A stretch of DNA of 63,874 bases, filler included, from Octopus bimaculoides (GCF_001194135.2; 5 parts of 5 records of this genome joined end to end with filler, not necessarily neighbours in it), one strand, 5' to 3'; shown: positions 48,906 to 62,769, numbered from the whole stretch's first letter. Notes: generated by a model from the sequence alone, not told the origin. Made by a program: numbers and translations.

Positions 48906-49276
48906 AAATTAGGGGCGATTATTAATTCCATAATAATCATTTTAATCATCGTCATCATAATCATCATTCCCACCACGGCTGCCGCTGCCATCATGGTTAC
49001 CGCCACAGTCGTTATCCTCCTCTTCTTTCATTTCATTATTGTCAACATTATTATCGATAAATAAAATTAAAATATTTTTAATCAGTCTTACTTGTGCATG
49101 TGTGTAGGGCTGTGTACATCCGTTGTCTCTTTGTTTTCCTTTTTAGATTGTACGTCGTTTGTTTTGACAGGCCAACGGCCAGAAGGTATAGTTGCAGAGT
49201 AAAGCAAGAAAAACAGTCAGAACAAAGAAACGAGATGCAATGAATAACATAATAGATAAGAGATTACCAGTGTATC

Positions 49277-49415
49277 TTGTTATCACCATCATCATCATCA
49301 TCATTATTATCCTCATCGTCGTCGTCATCGTCACCGTCGTCATCGCTGCAGTTGCCATCGTCATCATCGTCATCGTCATCACCATCACTACCACTATCAT
49401 CATCATCGTCATCAT
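49277..49415. repeat. Imperfect (ATC/GTC)n trinucleotide tract
   Basis: Read directly; it explains the poly-I, poly-S and poly-M ORFs here. Confidence 0.9.
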
Positions 49416-49923
49416 CATACATTTATCACAGTCATTCACCGTATTGTCTAAACCAGGGATCCCCAAGCAGCAGGCTGCGGATCAGTTTTGGGCCAGTGAC
49501 TATTTGGTATCGGGCTGCACAGAAAAAAAAATGTATGTTTTAAAATCTTATTTCTATTTCATTGATGTTCATGCATTAAACATGCATGATATATGTAATA
49601 TATGAATACATATATCTATATACATATATTGATTTCTGTAGTTATTACCAGTGTATTTTGGCGATTTATATAAGAGTTTTGACTGTTATTTCCAGCAGGT
49701 AGACATGCTTGGAATGTCCTTTGAATAATTTTAATTCTTCAGCTATTTAATGCTTTTGGGGGCCTGCAATCGCTTATATTACTGATTCTGTCATTATCAT
49801 TTTTAAATTGTTACACTAGATAATAAGAGAGTCAATGATATCTTCGCAAATTATTATTTTAATCTTAATAGTAATGTTTACAGTGTATCCTCTCAAAGAA
49901 GCCATCTCTACTCATTCTTTCAA

Positions 49924-49961
<38 letters not shown>

Positions 49962-50878
49962 NNNNNNNNNNNNNNNNNNNNNNNNNNNNNNNNNNNNNNN
50001 NNNNNNNNNNNNNNNNNNNNNNNNNNNNNNNNNNNNNNNNNNNNNNNNNNNNNNNNNNNNNNNNNNNNNNNNNNNNNNNNNNNNNNNNNNNNNNNNNNNN
50101 NNNNNNNNNNNNNNNNNNNNNNNNNNNNNNNNNNNNNNNNNNNNNNNNNNNNNNNNNNNNNNNNNNNNNNNNNNNNNNNNNNNNNNNNNNNNNNNNNNNN
50201 NNNNNNNNNNNNNNNNNNNNNNNNNNNNNNNNNNNNNNNNNNNNNNNNNNNNNNNNNNNNNNNNNNNNNNNNNNNNNNNNNNNNNNNNNNNNNNNNNNNN
50301 NNNNNNNNNNNNNNNNNNNNNNNNNNNNNNNNNNNNNNNNNNNNNNNNNNNNNNNNNNNNNNNNNNNNNNNNNNNNNNNNNNNNNNNNNNNNNNNNNNNN
50401 NNNNNNNNNNNNNNNNNNNNNNNNNNNNNNNNNNNNNNNNNNNNNNNNNNNNNNNNNNNNNNNNNNNNNNNNNNNNNNNNNNNNNNNNNNNNNNNNNNNN
50501 NNNNNNNNNNNNNNNNNNNNNNNNNNNNNNNNNNNNNNNNNNNNNNNNNNNNNNNNNNNNNNNNNNNNNNNNNNNNNNNNNNNNNNNNNNNNNNNNNNNN
50601 NNNNNNNNNNNNNNNNNNNNNNNNNNNNNNNNNNNNNNNNNNNNNNNNNNNNNNNNNNNNNNNNNNNNNNNNNNNNNNNNNNNNNNNNNNNNNNNNNNNN
50701 NNNNNNNNNNNNNNNNNNNNNNNNNNNNNNNNNNNNNNNNNNNNNNNNNNNNNNNNNNNNNNNNNNNNNNNNNNNNNNNNNNNNNNNNNNNNNNNNNNNN
50801 NNNNNNNNNNNNNNNNNNNNNNNNNNNNNNNNNNNNNNNCCTTTGCTCTCTTTATCTTTTTGTTTTTATATATTTACA

Positions 50879-50917
<39 letters not shown>

Positions 50918-50919
<2 letters not shown>

Positions 50920-51085
50920 GCGATGGGCTTCTTTCAGTTTCCATCTTCCAAATCCACTCACAAGGCTTTGGTCGGTCAAGACCTAAAGTAGAAGACATTT
51001 CCTCAAGATGCCACGCAGTGGGACTGAACCCAGAACCATATGGTTGGGAAGCAAGCTTTTTACGACACAGCCACGCCTGCACCTA
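50918..51085 (-). mobile_element. SINE family B
   Basis: Full head and body; the head is expanded into a minisatellite. Confidence 0.85.
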
Positions 51086-51286
51086 GGAGCCACGCCTGCG
51101 CCTACAAGCCACGCCTGTGCCTACAAGCCACGCCTGCGCCTACAAGCCACGCCTGCGCCTNNNNNNNNNNNNNNNNNNNNNNNNNNNNNNNNNNNNNNNN
51201 NNNNNNNNNNNNNNNNNNNNNNNNNNNNNNNNNNNNNNNNNNNNNNNNNNNNNNNNNNNNNNNNNNNNNNNNNNNNNNNNGCGCCT
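51069..51286. repeat. 19-bp minisatellite (ACAAGCCACGCCTGCGCCT)n
   Basis: Five visible units before the gap at 51161-51280 and GCGCCT after it. Confidence 0.88.
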
Positions 51287-51389
51287 TTATGCAAGTATTG
51301 CAAATAACTTTGTCATTTTTTGAAAAACCTAAGGTACGAAAATCTACATCTACTCTGTCAGGAGAAAACACGAACAGCAGCAACAACAC

Positions 51390-51446
<57 letters not shown>

Positions 51447-51449
<3 letters not shown>

Positions 51450-51770
51450 AATAACCGGACATTGTTGTGGTGAGTAAAAGAGAAAGAACTTGCATGATAA
51501 TCGACGTAGCATGTTCCGGTGACAACAGGATCAAAGAAAAATAAGATAAAATGAACGACTACGACGAATTGAAGTGGGAAATATGAAGGTTGTGATCAAT
51601 GAGGAGAGTTGACGTGATAACAATGATAATTGGTTGCATTTGGAAGTGTCAGTACTCCACTACCAACATGGCTCGAAAAGATTGGTACAAATGTAAAGAT
51701 ACAACACCTACAAAAATCAGCATTGCTTGGAACTGCAAGAATTCTTGGCAGGGTTCTTGAAGCATGACCA
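51447..51770 (+). mobile_element. R4/Dong LINE 3' fragment
   Basis: PDIVVVSKREKRTCMIIDVAC...QHLQKSALLGTARILGRVLEA*; starts right after (AAT)n. Confidence 0.82.
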
Positions 51771-52278
51771 GTAAACAAGTGTCACCTCAGTCTATTCAAT
51801 GAATAAACAATTCAAAAAATGAAAAAAATGAAAAGCGAAAAAAATAAAAGAGATAAAAACTAACGAGAGGACGTACACAAAATTTGTATGAGTGTGACGG
51901 TCGTTGAAAGGAGAGAGGCTTTAACGTTTCGAGCATAGCCTCGTTCTAGCTACGGCTGATGGGACAGTCATAGTTGGAATGCATTTCGTCATAGGTTTGC
52001 CCAATCTGTGTCGTCCTAGGATAAAAGAACATCGATGAAAACAGCCCCAAAACGACATTATATATGCATGTGCGTGTGTGTGTGCGTGTGTTTGTGCGTG
52101 TGTGTATGTGTTTTGCGTGTGTGAGTGTGTGTGTGCGTGTGTGCGTGTGTTTGTGTGTGTGTGTATGTGTTTTGTGTGTGTGTGTGTATAGTTGAAATTT
52201 ATAGGAAAACAAAAGACGACGACAGTTATATGAACAACAAGCAGGTGTATTAGTTTGACGCTCGGGAAAGTGAGAAAG

Positions 52279-52316
52279 TCTTTTATGTTTCGAGCCTACG
52301 CTCTTCAGCAGAAAGG
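52279..52316 (-). ncRNA. Minimal hammerhead-like motif (A6C variant) in a PLE-type terminal repeat (about 52195-52340)
   Basis: CCTTT | CTGCTGA | A | GAGC-GTAG-GCTC | GAAA | CAT | A | AAAGA; the stem III G is mutated to A. Confidence 0.45.
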
Positions 52317-52523
52317 AATAAGAGAAAACAAACAGAAAGAGAAAAAAACTTGTGGATTTAGTCATCAAGCATGACTGCTGTATGGAAAAAAATGGTTTGA
52401 TAGGAGAGGTAGAAAGAAGGGGAGATAATAAAGTATTGGTGATCCCCAAACGAAGGTGCACGTGCATGTGAGAAAGTTTAAGTCAGTGCGTATGGATAGG
52501 GGCTAGTGACTTTGATTAGTGGA

Positions 52524-52557
<34 letters not shown>

Positions 52558-54319
52558 CATCTGTAATTTGTGTGTGCGTATGATGGAGTGTGGTATGGGT
52601 GCTGGGAAGTGGTCAGTGCTAGTGTGTGTGGCGTGGTGTGGGTGATGTGTGGGTGGAGTGATGTGGTGTGGTGGTGTGGTATGTGGGGGTTGGGTGTGAG
52701 GGTGAAGGTGGTGGGTATCAATGAAGAGAGAAGGAGTCTAGTTGTTCACGAGAGAGTGATGCTGCACCGATACACTCATCCATATAACAGCCACGTAGTT
52801 CGAGAGTGGGACCAGTGAATCGGGAGAATATATTTAGGCCTCAACGTAGCCAACGAATAGGTTCGCATAGTTGGGGCCCATTCTCGTTATACATATATAT
52901 ATGTATATACACATATAGATATGCATATATATATATATATACATATATATATATTTATATATATACGCATACCTATATATATATATACGTATAAATATAT
53001 GTATGTGTACTTCAATATATAAATATGCGCATATATGTATATGTATCTATATGTGTGTGCGTGTGTATTTATGTATGTATGTATTCATTTATATATACGT
53101 GCGTGTATATATGTGCATTTATGCGTATGTGTGTATAAGTGTGTGTGTTTGTGTGTGTGTGTGTGTGTGTGTATGTGTGTTTGTGTGTATGTGTGTGTGT
53201 GATAGAGAGTGTCTGTCTGTCTGTCTGTGTCTGTGTCTGTGTCTGTGTTGTAAATGTGTATATAGGTAGCTTCAAGCTTATTTATCTTTGGAGACTTTCG
53301 CTTTTTAATCGATTTGCTAGACAATTATTCAAATACTGGTTTGTTCTTGAGATAATCAAAAGAAAATAGTTGATGGAGATTTCATTTCCTGACGGGAATC
53401 AGCTACCAATATCAGCTTGGCAGGAGAAAAATATTCAGTTGCGATTACCATCAAATGCAAGCACTATGACTATACACACACACACACAATTATTTATATA
53501 TATACACACATGTATATATAGTTACGAATGTTACGTCTGACTGTGTGTACGTATGTTAAGTGCGCATGTGTGTGAGTGTATGTGTGTGTATACTTCCTCT
53601 TTTCTGCTTGGTGATTTTGCTGTTGGTGAAGCTGACGGATGCGTCGATGGCGTTTCTGTGGACATTGACCGTCATCAAGCTACCATTTTTATAAACAGAA
53701 AATTGACATACACCTTCTAAAGAATCCTCTCACTTGCTCAGGCAAATACATTTTCCATCTCTCTTTCCCTCCTTTTCTCTTTCTCCTTCTCTCACTTTAT
53801 CATTTTTCAGAGGTGGGATGTCGTTTTTTAACTGTTTATTTAATGTAATTTCGTTATTTAATTTACAGTTTATTTTTACCATAATCCTTCCAAACATTTG
53901 CATATTCGAATTCTTCAAAATTTGTAAAAGGAAATTAACAATCTTTTAATTGCCTTAAATTTATTTGTTTGTTTTTCTAGCATTTCTAGAGTTATTTTAT
54001 ATATATTTTGTTGCTCTTTTTTCTGTTTTACATCTTGTAAATTTTATACATTAGCCTCTGTTCCTCAGAGTTAACTAATGGCATGTTAATCCCACTGAAG
54101 CACGTCTAACATACTTACCTCTGCTCCTCTCGCCTTTCATACTGTCTTGCCGTTCAAGGAACAGCGCTTACACCTTCCCCTATCCTTCCTTCCAAGATTG
54201 CCATCTCCCGTTGATTTCCTTCTCACCCACATGTATCTTCTAACCGTCGCTATAATGGGATCTACGAAGGTCGGTGGACTTGACTCTTCACCCTTACTAA
54301 CCCAATAAAAATGAGAGAA

Positions 54320-54550
54320 AAAGGCGAGCTGGCAGAAACGTTAGCACGTCGGGCGAAATGCTTCGCGGTATTTCGTCTGCCGTGACGTTCTGAGTTCAAA
54401 TTCCGCCGTAGTCGACTTCGCCTTTCATCCTTTCGGGGTCGATAAATTAAGTACCAGTTACGCACTGGGGTCGATGTAATTGACTCAATCCCTTTGTCTG
54501 TCCTTGTTTGTCCCCTCTGTGTGTAGCCCCTTGTGGGCAATAAAGAAATA
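54320..54550 (+). mobile_element. SINE family A, near full length, CpG-retaining
   Basis: AAGGCGAGCTGGCAGAAACGTTAGCACG...GAGTTCAAATTCC...GGGCAATAAAGAAATAA. Confidence 0.9.
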
Positions 54551-55642
54551 AAAAATGAGAGAAAAATCACGTGGTCTGCCGCCTAGTGGTCAACTATCAA
54601 AGGGGAGACAATCCCTTCTAGATTAAGTTAAGTTGGTGCGGGCTTGAAAGTTTAAAACCTACATCAAATTATGAAGGCCTACAGAGCATACGCATTTAAT
54701 ATTTTCTTTCTGTGCATAAAGATCTTAAAGATCTTAAAGATTCATTAGCAATGTTATAACTCAGCCCAAACAAATGAAACTAAATTAAGCATATCATGGA
54801 GTTAGTTCTTATAGAGAGAAAATAATTTACAGTTCAGTAGGTATTCTTGATTGTTTATTTATCCTAAATCTTTAATTGCTCAGCAGCAGAGAAGAGAGGG
54901 AGAGAGAGAAAGGAATTTCTTATATCAACGTTAATATTACCAGGGCAAATCTACCTCAATAAAGAAGTACATCACGTAGTTACAATTGTGTTCTCAACGA
55001 ACCAAATTCGCAAGCTCATTTTGGTATTCTCTTCCCGGATGCAGATAAAGGTTTCAGGCAGCTATTTCATATTGCTCTATCCATCGGGACGAATAAGGAG
55101 AGACATTGTTTATAATCATGACGCCATTACCGTTGGCGCCAATTTTCAATGGATATTTTAAGAAAAGCCCGCTACAGCAGTTCAAACATATGATGTAACT
55201 CTGGTGATGAACTATGATAGGGGTGATAAGAATATCAAGAGGTGGATTTAAATGTTTGTTCGAAATTTACATTAAAGAGTATAGAAGGAGTACAGTGTAT
55301 ACAATATTTTTTTCGACACATTATAAAGATATTAATTTTTGTTTACGTAAACGAACGTTGACCGGTGTTACAGGATCTTCGCTAAAAATCACATCAATCT
55401 CTTTGATCTCCAACTCCAAACTGCTTGCTCTATAGCAAATGTTTAAAGCAACTGGATATCCTCGCATTGAAACTAAATGAGTCGCTAGAAACATCAATTT
55501 AGTACTCTTCGTTATAATGTTTTTAATTGTGCTGCTTCACCATGTAAACAATTTAACAAAATGTCAAACTATATCTATGTGGTTTGTTTCAAGCGTTTGA
55601 CAATATATTTACCTACAAATTTATACTCACACGTGAACAATA

Positions 55643-55687
<45 letters not shown>

Positions 55688-55724
55688 ATGATTGACCGCT
55701 AGCTCCAAAAACTTTTTTATTCTC

Positions 55725-55762
55725 TCTTTCTATTGAAGAGCATACGCTCGAAACGTAAAAGA
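55725..55762 (+). ncRNA. Minimal hammerhead-like motif (G5A, A6U) in a PLE-type terminal repeat (about 55686-55800)
   Basis: TCTTT | CTATTGA | A | GAGC-ATAC-GCTC | GAAA | CGT | A | AAAGA. Confidence 0.42.
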
Positions 55763-55809
55763 TTTTCTAACATTCCCGAGCGTTAAACTAATACACATGT
55801 ATTTCTGAT

Positions 55810-55998
55810 ATAGGCACAAGGTCTGAAATTTTGGGGAAGGGGACTAGTCGATTGTATCGATCACTGGTACTTAATTTATCGACAACGAAAGATTGAGAGG
55901 CAAAGTCGACCTCTGCGGAATTTGAACTCAGAATGCAGTGACGGGCGAAATATCGCTAAGGATTTCGTAGAGCGCACTAAAGATTCTGCCAGTTCGCC

Positions 55999-56000
<2 letters not shown>
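55810..56000 (-). mobile_element. SINE family A
   Basis: Reverse-complement match to the family A head and body. Confidence 0.8.
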
Positions 56001-56046
<46 letters not shown>

Positions 56047-56599
56047 TGATGAATGTATGCCATGCAAGTATGTACGTATAAAACATGTGTCGCACGAATG
56101 AGAGGTGTGTCTAATACATTTTGTGGAGGATATGTTTATATACGTTTAATGTTTATCGCACAACTCGAGATTCACACCGCTTAAAGATCGCCTGAACATG
56201 GTGTGAAACTCCAGTGGCGAGATAAAAATCCATTTTCAATAGAATATTTCTATTGGTGTGAGTGTGGGTGTGTATGCGTAGGTGTGCATGTGATCGCACA
56301 TTTGAACATAAGCACACACGCACACACACACAGAGTAGCAAAAGCATCTGGTGGCACTCGAGAACCTAAGACGTGAGAGCATTTTCTTTTTTAAATGACT
56401 TAAGTATCAACAAAATGTTATCCTATTTCCATATAGTTTTCTTGTCATTTAGATGCTTGACTGGATCTCAGTTTTTCCACGTTTTTATGAAGTGTGAAAC
56501 TTTTGCGATTGTGTTTATTGATAATTGTAATTTTGTAACTTTAGAAAATATTATCCTTATGTTTTATTTTATCATGCTTCTTGTCATTCTAAATTCAAG

Positions 56600-56985
56600 A
56601 GCAACATATCGTCGTCATGGCACTCCGTCGGTTTACGACGACGAGGGTTCCAGTTGACTCGATCAACGGAAAAGCCTGCTCGTGAAATTAACGTGCAAGC
56701 GGCTGTGCACTCCACAGACATGTGTACCCTTAATGTAGTTCTCGGGGAGATTCAACGTGACACAGAGTGTGACAAGGCTGGCCCTTTGAAATACAGGTAC
56801 AAGAGAAACAGGAAGAAAGAATGAAAGTTGTAGTGAAAGATTACAGCAGGATTCGCCACCGCCACCTCGTGGAGCTTTAGGTGTTTTCCCTCAATAAACA
56901 CTCACATCGCCCGGTCTGGGAATCGAAACCGCGATCCTACGACCGCGAGTCCACTGCCCTAACCACTGGGCCATTGCGTCTACAC
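56600..56985 (-). mobile_element. SINE family C, long form
   Basis: tRNA-like head as at 19931, plus the 3' block shared with 17105-17290. Confidence 0.8.
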
Positions 56986-58382
56986 TATGAGCAAGATATG
57001 AAACAAAAGCGATTCTCACAGAAATGTCTTTTAATTCAGGATAGACAATATTTCTTATTCTGTAGTGTGCTACTGTAATGAAAAATATATTGGCATGCCC
57101 CTAACACGTGATCATGCAACATAGCGCAAACTAACAGAGAAACATGGACTTCTTAGTTCAATTCCAACAGTTCTGAAGTGTGTTGGTGGTCATAGAAAAA
57201 GATAGTGTCACTGGGATCTTAAACTGCTCGAAATGAAAAAGCATATCTGATGGAATAAATAGAATGCGTGGACTGAAATCCTTTTCTCTCTCCTTTGACA
57301 TAGCCAGACGTAATGATGCTTTGAATCACATGGGGCATAAGAGTCTTGATAGCCAATCTATATAACATTGCAGAGCAGCTGACCAAAGCTCACCGATTAT
57401 TAAAAGACCCAACTAGTGTGTATTGTACTCGGTGTCTCCGTGGACTCAATGAAGTCTTCTTCAAGTTCTACTTACCCTCACCCTTGCTCTGCAACAGCCA
57501 CGAAAGCCGGGTTCCTAACGGATTTAATTAGCAGCTTGGAACGAATGGCTAGACAACTCCATGTAATGAGTGAACTTCCATTCGTATATAACACGCTCAC
57601 GTGCATAGTCTCATAATTGCACACGATCGCACGTTCATATGCAATACACACGAACAGACACACACAAACACATAAACAGTACTGAATCATACGCAGTTGT
57701 GTGCTAAAGTGTCGTGATCAACCACTACATGACTGCAAGTTAATACACACAAAGATATGTGTATACGCACATTGCATCAAACCCAACAATAAATTTAAAC
57801 GAACAATAATATACTACAAAAACATCAAAGCCACAAACCTCATCACAAGCATGTAAACTCGAAAACAAATTACCAATAACTTATGTAATCTATGATTTTG
57901 TCTATAAACTATAGAATACAAACTTCAGGACTCAAGCTGTTACGCTGGACATTCTAGTACAACACACTCTCGTGGGATTACCATGCATTTATTGTATCGA
58001 TCCCTTTCGGGATCGATACAATAAATTACAGATGAACACGGAGATCGGTTTAATGGACTTTCCCTTCTCCATCGAAATTGCTAGCCTTTTCTATTTTCTT
58101 TACTTGTTTCAGTCATTTGACTGCGGTCATGCTGGAGCAGCGCCGTTTAGTCCGAACAACGTTTAGACTTTATAAGCCTAGTACATATTTTATCGGTCTC
58201 TTTTGCCGAACCGCTACGTGACGGGGACGTAAACACACCAGCATCGGTTGTCAAGCGATGGTGGTGGGGGACAAACACACACACACAAACACACAAACAC
58301 ACACACATATATACATATATATATATATATTTGTTTTGCAAGATTTTATTGGCTAAACTGGCAATATGACCATCCCCAAGTG

Positions 58383-58424
<42 letters not shown>

Positions 58425-58432
<8 letters not shown>

Positions 58433-58592
58433 TCTTCTTTCAGTTTCCGTCAACCAAATCCACTCACAAAGTCTTGGTCGGTCCGAGGCTATAGTAGAAG
58501 ACACTTGCCAAAGGTGCCACGCAGTGGGGACTCAACCCGGAACCATTTTATTGATAAGCAAGCTACTTCACACATAGCCACTCCTGTGCCTT
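58425..58592 (-). mobile_element. SINE family B (other SINE copies at about 19480-19817, 20435-20600, 58100-58262, 59220-59395, 60690-61022, 61350-61512)
   Basis: Matches the family consensus seen elsewhere in the window. Confidence 0.8.
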
Positions 58593-59422
58593 GTACCAAA
58601 TATTTAAACCAATATTACACTACTGTGCCAGCGAGGTGATACGGGTTCGAAATCCATTGTTTACCACATTTTTATATTCTCTCGTACACTTTACTCTTGA
58701 GCTCGTTTTTTTTACTTATTTACCAACGTAAACATGTAAATGCAAATAAACAAACATTAAAGCATTGTTATGTCTTTGAAATATTGTACCTTGTGGGCAG
58801 CAGTAATTAAAACTTTGCGGAAGGAGATCAAAGAAACCTGACTTCTATGTCGTGACAAAGTCTACTCAGAAGAATGGTTTGCAGTTCTCTGAAATCGTGA
58901 TAACAACATATGTGCACTATTCCGTTTTAGCTTAATCCTTTTTAGTAAACCACAATACAGAAAGAAGAATTGTTTTGGAAAAGTTGGAATTATTGCGCGT
59001 TTAAGAAGCAAACACACATACACATACACACTCCCAAACATGTATATATTAATATAAACATATATGTGTATAAAAGTAAGTATATGCGTATATATTTATG
59101 CTGGTATACATTTATGCTGGTATACATTTATGCTTATATTATCGCCATCAACATCATCATCGTCATCATCACCATCATCATCTACGTGAACGATGGTACA
59201 ATCGTAATTACACCAAACAACATGCTTAGCGCTATTTCTTTTTCGGTCTTACGCTACGAGTTCAAATTCTGCTAAGGACGTCTTTGCTTTTCGTGGCAAT
59301 GGATAAATGAAGAACCATTTAAGCACTGGCGTCGATGCAATCGACTACAACCTCAAAAACAATTTTCAAGCCTTGTACTTATGGAAAAAGAAGGATTATT
59401 ATCATTATTATTATTATTATTA

Positions 59423-59459
<37 letters not shown>

Positions 59460-59474
59460 TATTATTATTATTCA

Positions 59475-60170
59475 GTAGTCTTATTTTTATCACGTGCTTT
59501 CACTGCACTACCGAGCGCTGCTGTGTGTGCCTTGGGTTTGTACTCTGGTTTGTTGTGGTGCTCTTATTTTCACTGTATTGAAAGTGTTTTACGTAGGATG
59601 TGTGCGGTGCCTGGTAGTGCTATTTTCTGTATGCTACATATAGTGTTTTTATGTATTTGTCTGAATGTTTTTTGTTTTTTTATCATACCTAATGCGCCCA
59701 CTATGATATGAATTGTCTCTGTTTTTAGACTCCACATTCGAATTACCTCTTTTTCCACGTCTTTGTATTTTGAAAGTTTTTCCATTTCCTTCAGAGAAAC
59801 GTTGTCATGTATTGTTATTGATACATCGATTAGAAATCTTTTTTGTTCTCTTGATGATTTCTGACAAATATATCTGGCCTATTGGCCTTAATTTTTCTAT
59901 CTGTGTGTATTGGCATATCCCAGAGTATGGTTGCTTTCTCATTTTCTGTGACCTTTTCTGGCGTGTACCTATACCATCTTTTTTCTGTTGCTATTCCATA
60001 GTGTTGGCATAGCTTCCAGTGTATATAGGTACCAAATCTGCCGTGTCTATGAATATATTCCTTCTTAGCCTGGACTGGGTAGCCATAGACAATATGGTTT
60101 ATTGTTTCTTGTCCATCTCCACACATTCTGCAATTACTTGTTATGTTTTTTTTTTTTTTCATTATATGTT
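59475..60170 (-). mobile_element. R4/Dong LINE 3' fragment with complete 3' UTR and (TAA)n flank
   Basis: CRMCGDGQETINHI, ILWDMPIHTDRKIKANRPDI, KYKDVEKEV, QKIALPGTAHILRKTLSIQ*; abuts the TAA array at 59400-59472. Confidence 0.9.
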
Positions 60171-60259
60171 TTTAGTAGTTTCTAGTGGGGAGGATTGTGC
60201 TGCAATTAAATTCTTCAGTCTCTGCTTTGAGTCCTGAGCTTCTCAGCCATTGTTGGGAT

Positions 60260-60644
60260 TTGCATTGTCTATTGAGTGAGAGAGCAATGCATGCCATCAA
60301 AGTGACACGGTGGTACAAATATACGAAGACCATCACTACCCGTCTAAGAACCCACTAGGCACATGCATCACAACCATATGTGCGCAACATGGTGATCTCA
60401 TTAATAATAATAAAATTATTATTATTATTATTATTGAGTGAGAGAGCAGTGCATGTCATCAAAGTAACACTGGGGTAAAATATACGAAACCCAATATACC
60501 CATCATGACTACCCGTCTGATAAGGGTACACCAGGCACAGGCATCACAACCATATGTGCACGACATGGCGATCTCATATCAAGATAAACAGCGCATGACC
60601 TCGCAGGTGGGGCCCAGTTAGAATTTTCTTCAGGTCGAGTAGCC

Positions 60645-60645
<1 letters not shown>
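60260..60645 (-). mobile_element. Two tandem 3'-end fragments of an RTE-like LINE/SINE
   Basis: GAGTGAGAGAGCA..GCATG.CATCAAAGT block repeated at 60275 and 60436, separated by an AAT/ATT tail. Confidence 0.6.
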
Positions 60646-60706
<61 letters not shown>

Positions 60707-61028
60707 ATTAAGCCGACTTATTACGTTTCGAATTCAAATTCCGCTGATGTCATTGTCATTCGTCATTTTGGAGTCGATAAAACAAGTGCTTCTCAAGTAT
60801 TAGGTTCGATGTAATTGACTTGCCCTTCCCCTCTGTGTTTGTCCCCTACCACCACTTGACAACCGGTACTGGTGTGCTTACGTCTCCGTAACTTAGCAGT
60901 TCGGCAAAAGCGACCGGTCTTAAAAATATAAATATTAGGTCGATTCATTCGGTTAAAAATTCTTCAAGGCGGTGCCCCAGCATGGCCGCAGTCTAATGGC
61001 TGAAACAAGTAAAAGATAAAAGTTATGC

Positions 61029-61087
<59 letters not shown>

Positions 61088-62297
61088 ATTGAAAAGGAAC
61101 ACACGATTTGATATATATGGATAAAAAGTCAAGATAGAAAATGCTAAAATAATTTTATAAAAAATTGAATACTATGTAAATATTCTTAAAAAATTTTTTT
61201 TTTTATTTTTCCAAAATTTAATTCTTTTCCATGCTTACAGTTGAAAAAAATCTCATTGACTGAAACCGGTACTGAAATGTTTTTTATAAAATTATTTTAG
61301 CATTTTCTACCTTGACTTTTTATTCCATATATATATATATATATATATACGACGGGCTTCTTTCCGTTTCCATCTAACAAATTCATTCACAAATCTTTAG
61401 TCGATTCGAGGCTATAATAGGAAGCACCTACCCAAGATATCACGAAGTGGGACTGAACCCAAGACCACATGAATGGGAAGGAAGATTCTTAACCACACAG
61501 CTACGTAGGCGCCACGTTTACCTTCATCACTGTGGTAATAACAAAGTCCTGAGGAGCAGAGAAGAGCACTAAAATGTATTTATGCCAAAATGACGATGTT
61601 TGTTTTTTTTGTTCTTTTTTTCCTTTTATGAGACGGAATTTTTGAAAATGAACTCATTCCATAATACAGTTTAACTGTTCGGTAAAAAAAAAATGGAAGG
61701 GTCTCGGATGAAATTCTGTGGATTATAGGCCTACTTCATCAGATTTAACCTGGAGCTAATCAACAAAACATTTAAACAGCGGCTGACAATTGTTAATGAC
61801 GAGAAGATTAACATGGAATTATACATTTGCCAAACGGAATCTACTAAATATATAACATACAAAATATGCCTATTTTTTAAAAATATTAATATACTTCCTC
61901 AATGCAAATACATTTTTATAGGCTTTCTTTGTTTCGTATGGTTGTTATTGTGCATGTCATTTCTGGAGAGAGTACAGTTCGTTCATTTTTTTCTTAATGG
62001 CAGATGGGGGTTGGCTTTTTCTATTTTTCCGTACGTATCTGTCACGATATAAGTGTCAAGTATGGCAGTCCCTGACGTAGTCGTGAAAAGCTGTTTTGAA
62101 TGAGAAATGATAGCCTAAGTTGGCAATCTTGTTTTAAGATAACTGGCAGATGAATGACTTCGAAGATCTTCCTGGCATTTATACAGCTTAAAATATGACA
62201 TTTTCGATAGGATATGTGTCTCTTGCTGAAAGTTGCATCGCTGTAAACAAAATGATATTGCACAAAAATATGTATATACGCATATCTGCTTTTGTAC

Positions 62298-62344
<47 letters not shown>

Positions 62345-62420
62345 TCGATAGAGATGTATATATATATGTGTTTGTGTGTGCGTGTGTGTGTGTGCGTGTG
62401 TGTATGTGTATCTATGTGTG

Positions 62421-62488
<68 letters not shown>

Positions 62489-62722
62489 ACGTGGATATAC
62501 TGTAAGAAAGCCATCATAGAGTAGTATTGGCCTTGAGAAGTTTCCTGCTACTAATACTTTTCTGTTTTAAGTACTATACGCTTATACGAGATGCCTTCCC
62601 AATACGAATACCGCAGTATTATGGCGTTCTTGCAGTATATCTACGCTAAATAAGATACACAGATTTCTTTTCGAACTAATACTACTTCTGACACTAAAAG
62701 GAAATATATACATGTGTGTGTG

Positions 62723-62769
<47 letters not shown>

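Noticed and set aside
51069-51286. CRISPR array (also considered for 39453-40157)
   Set aside because: Tandem units have no unique spacers, there are no cas genes, and the context is eukaryotic.
54950-55530. Decayed Penelope RT upstream of the 55686 terminal repeat
   Set aside because: Only weak fragments (QMFKATGYP, SKFTL); plausible but not supportable by eye.
61640-62250. L1/Tx1-type RT remnant (DYRP..., RQGLP on the opposite strand)
   Set aside because: Motifs are short, degenerate and on opposite strands; a profile search is needed.
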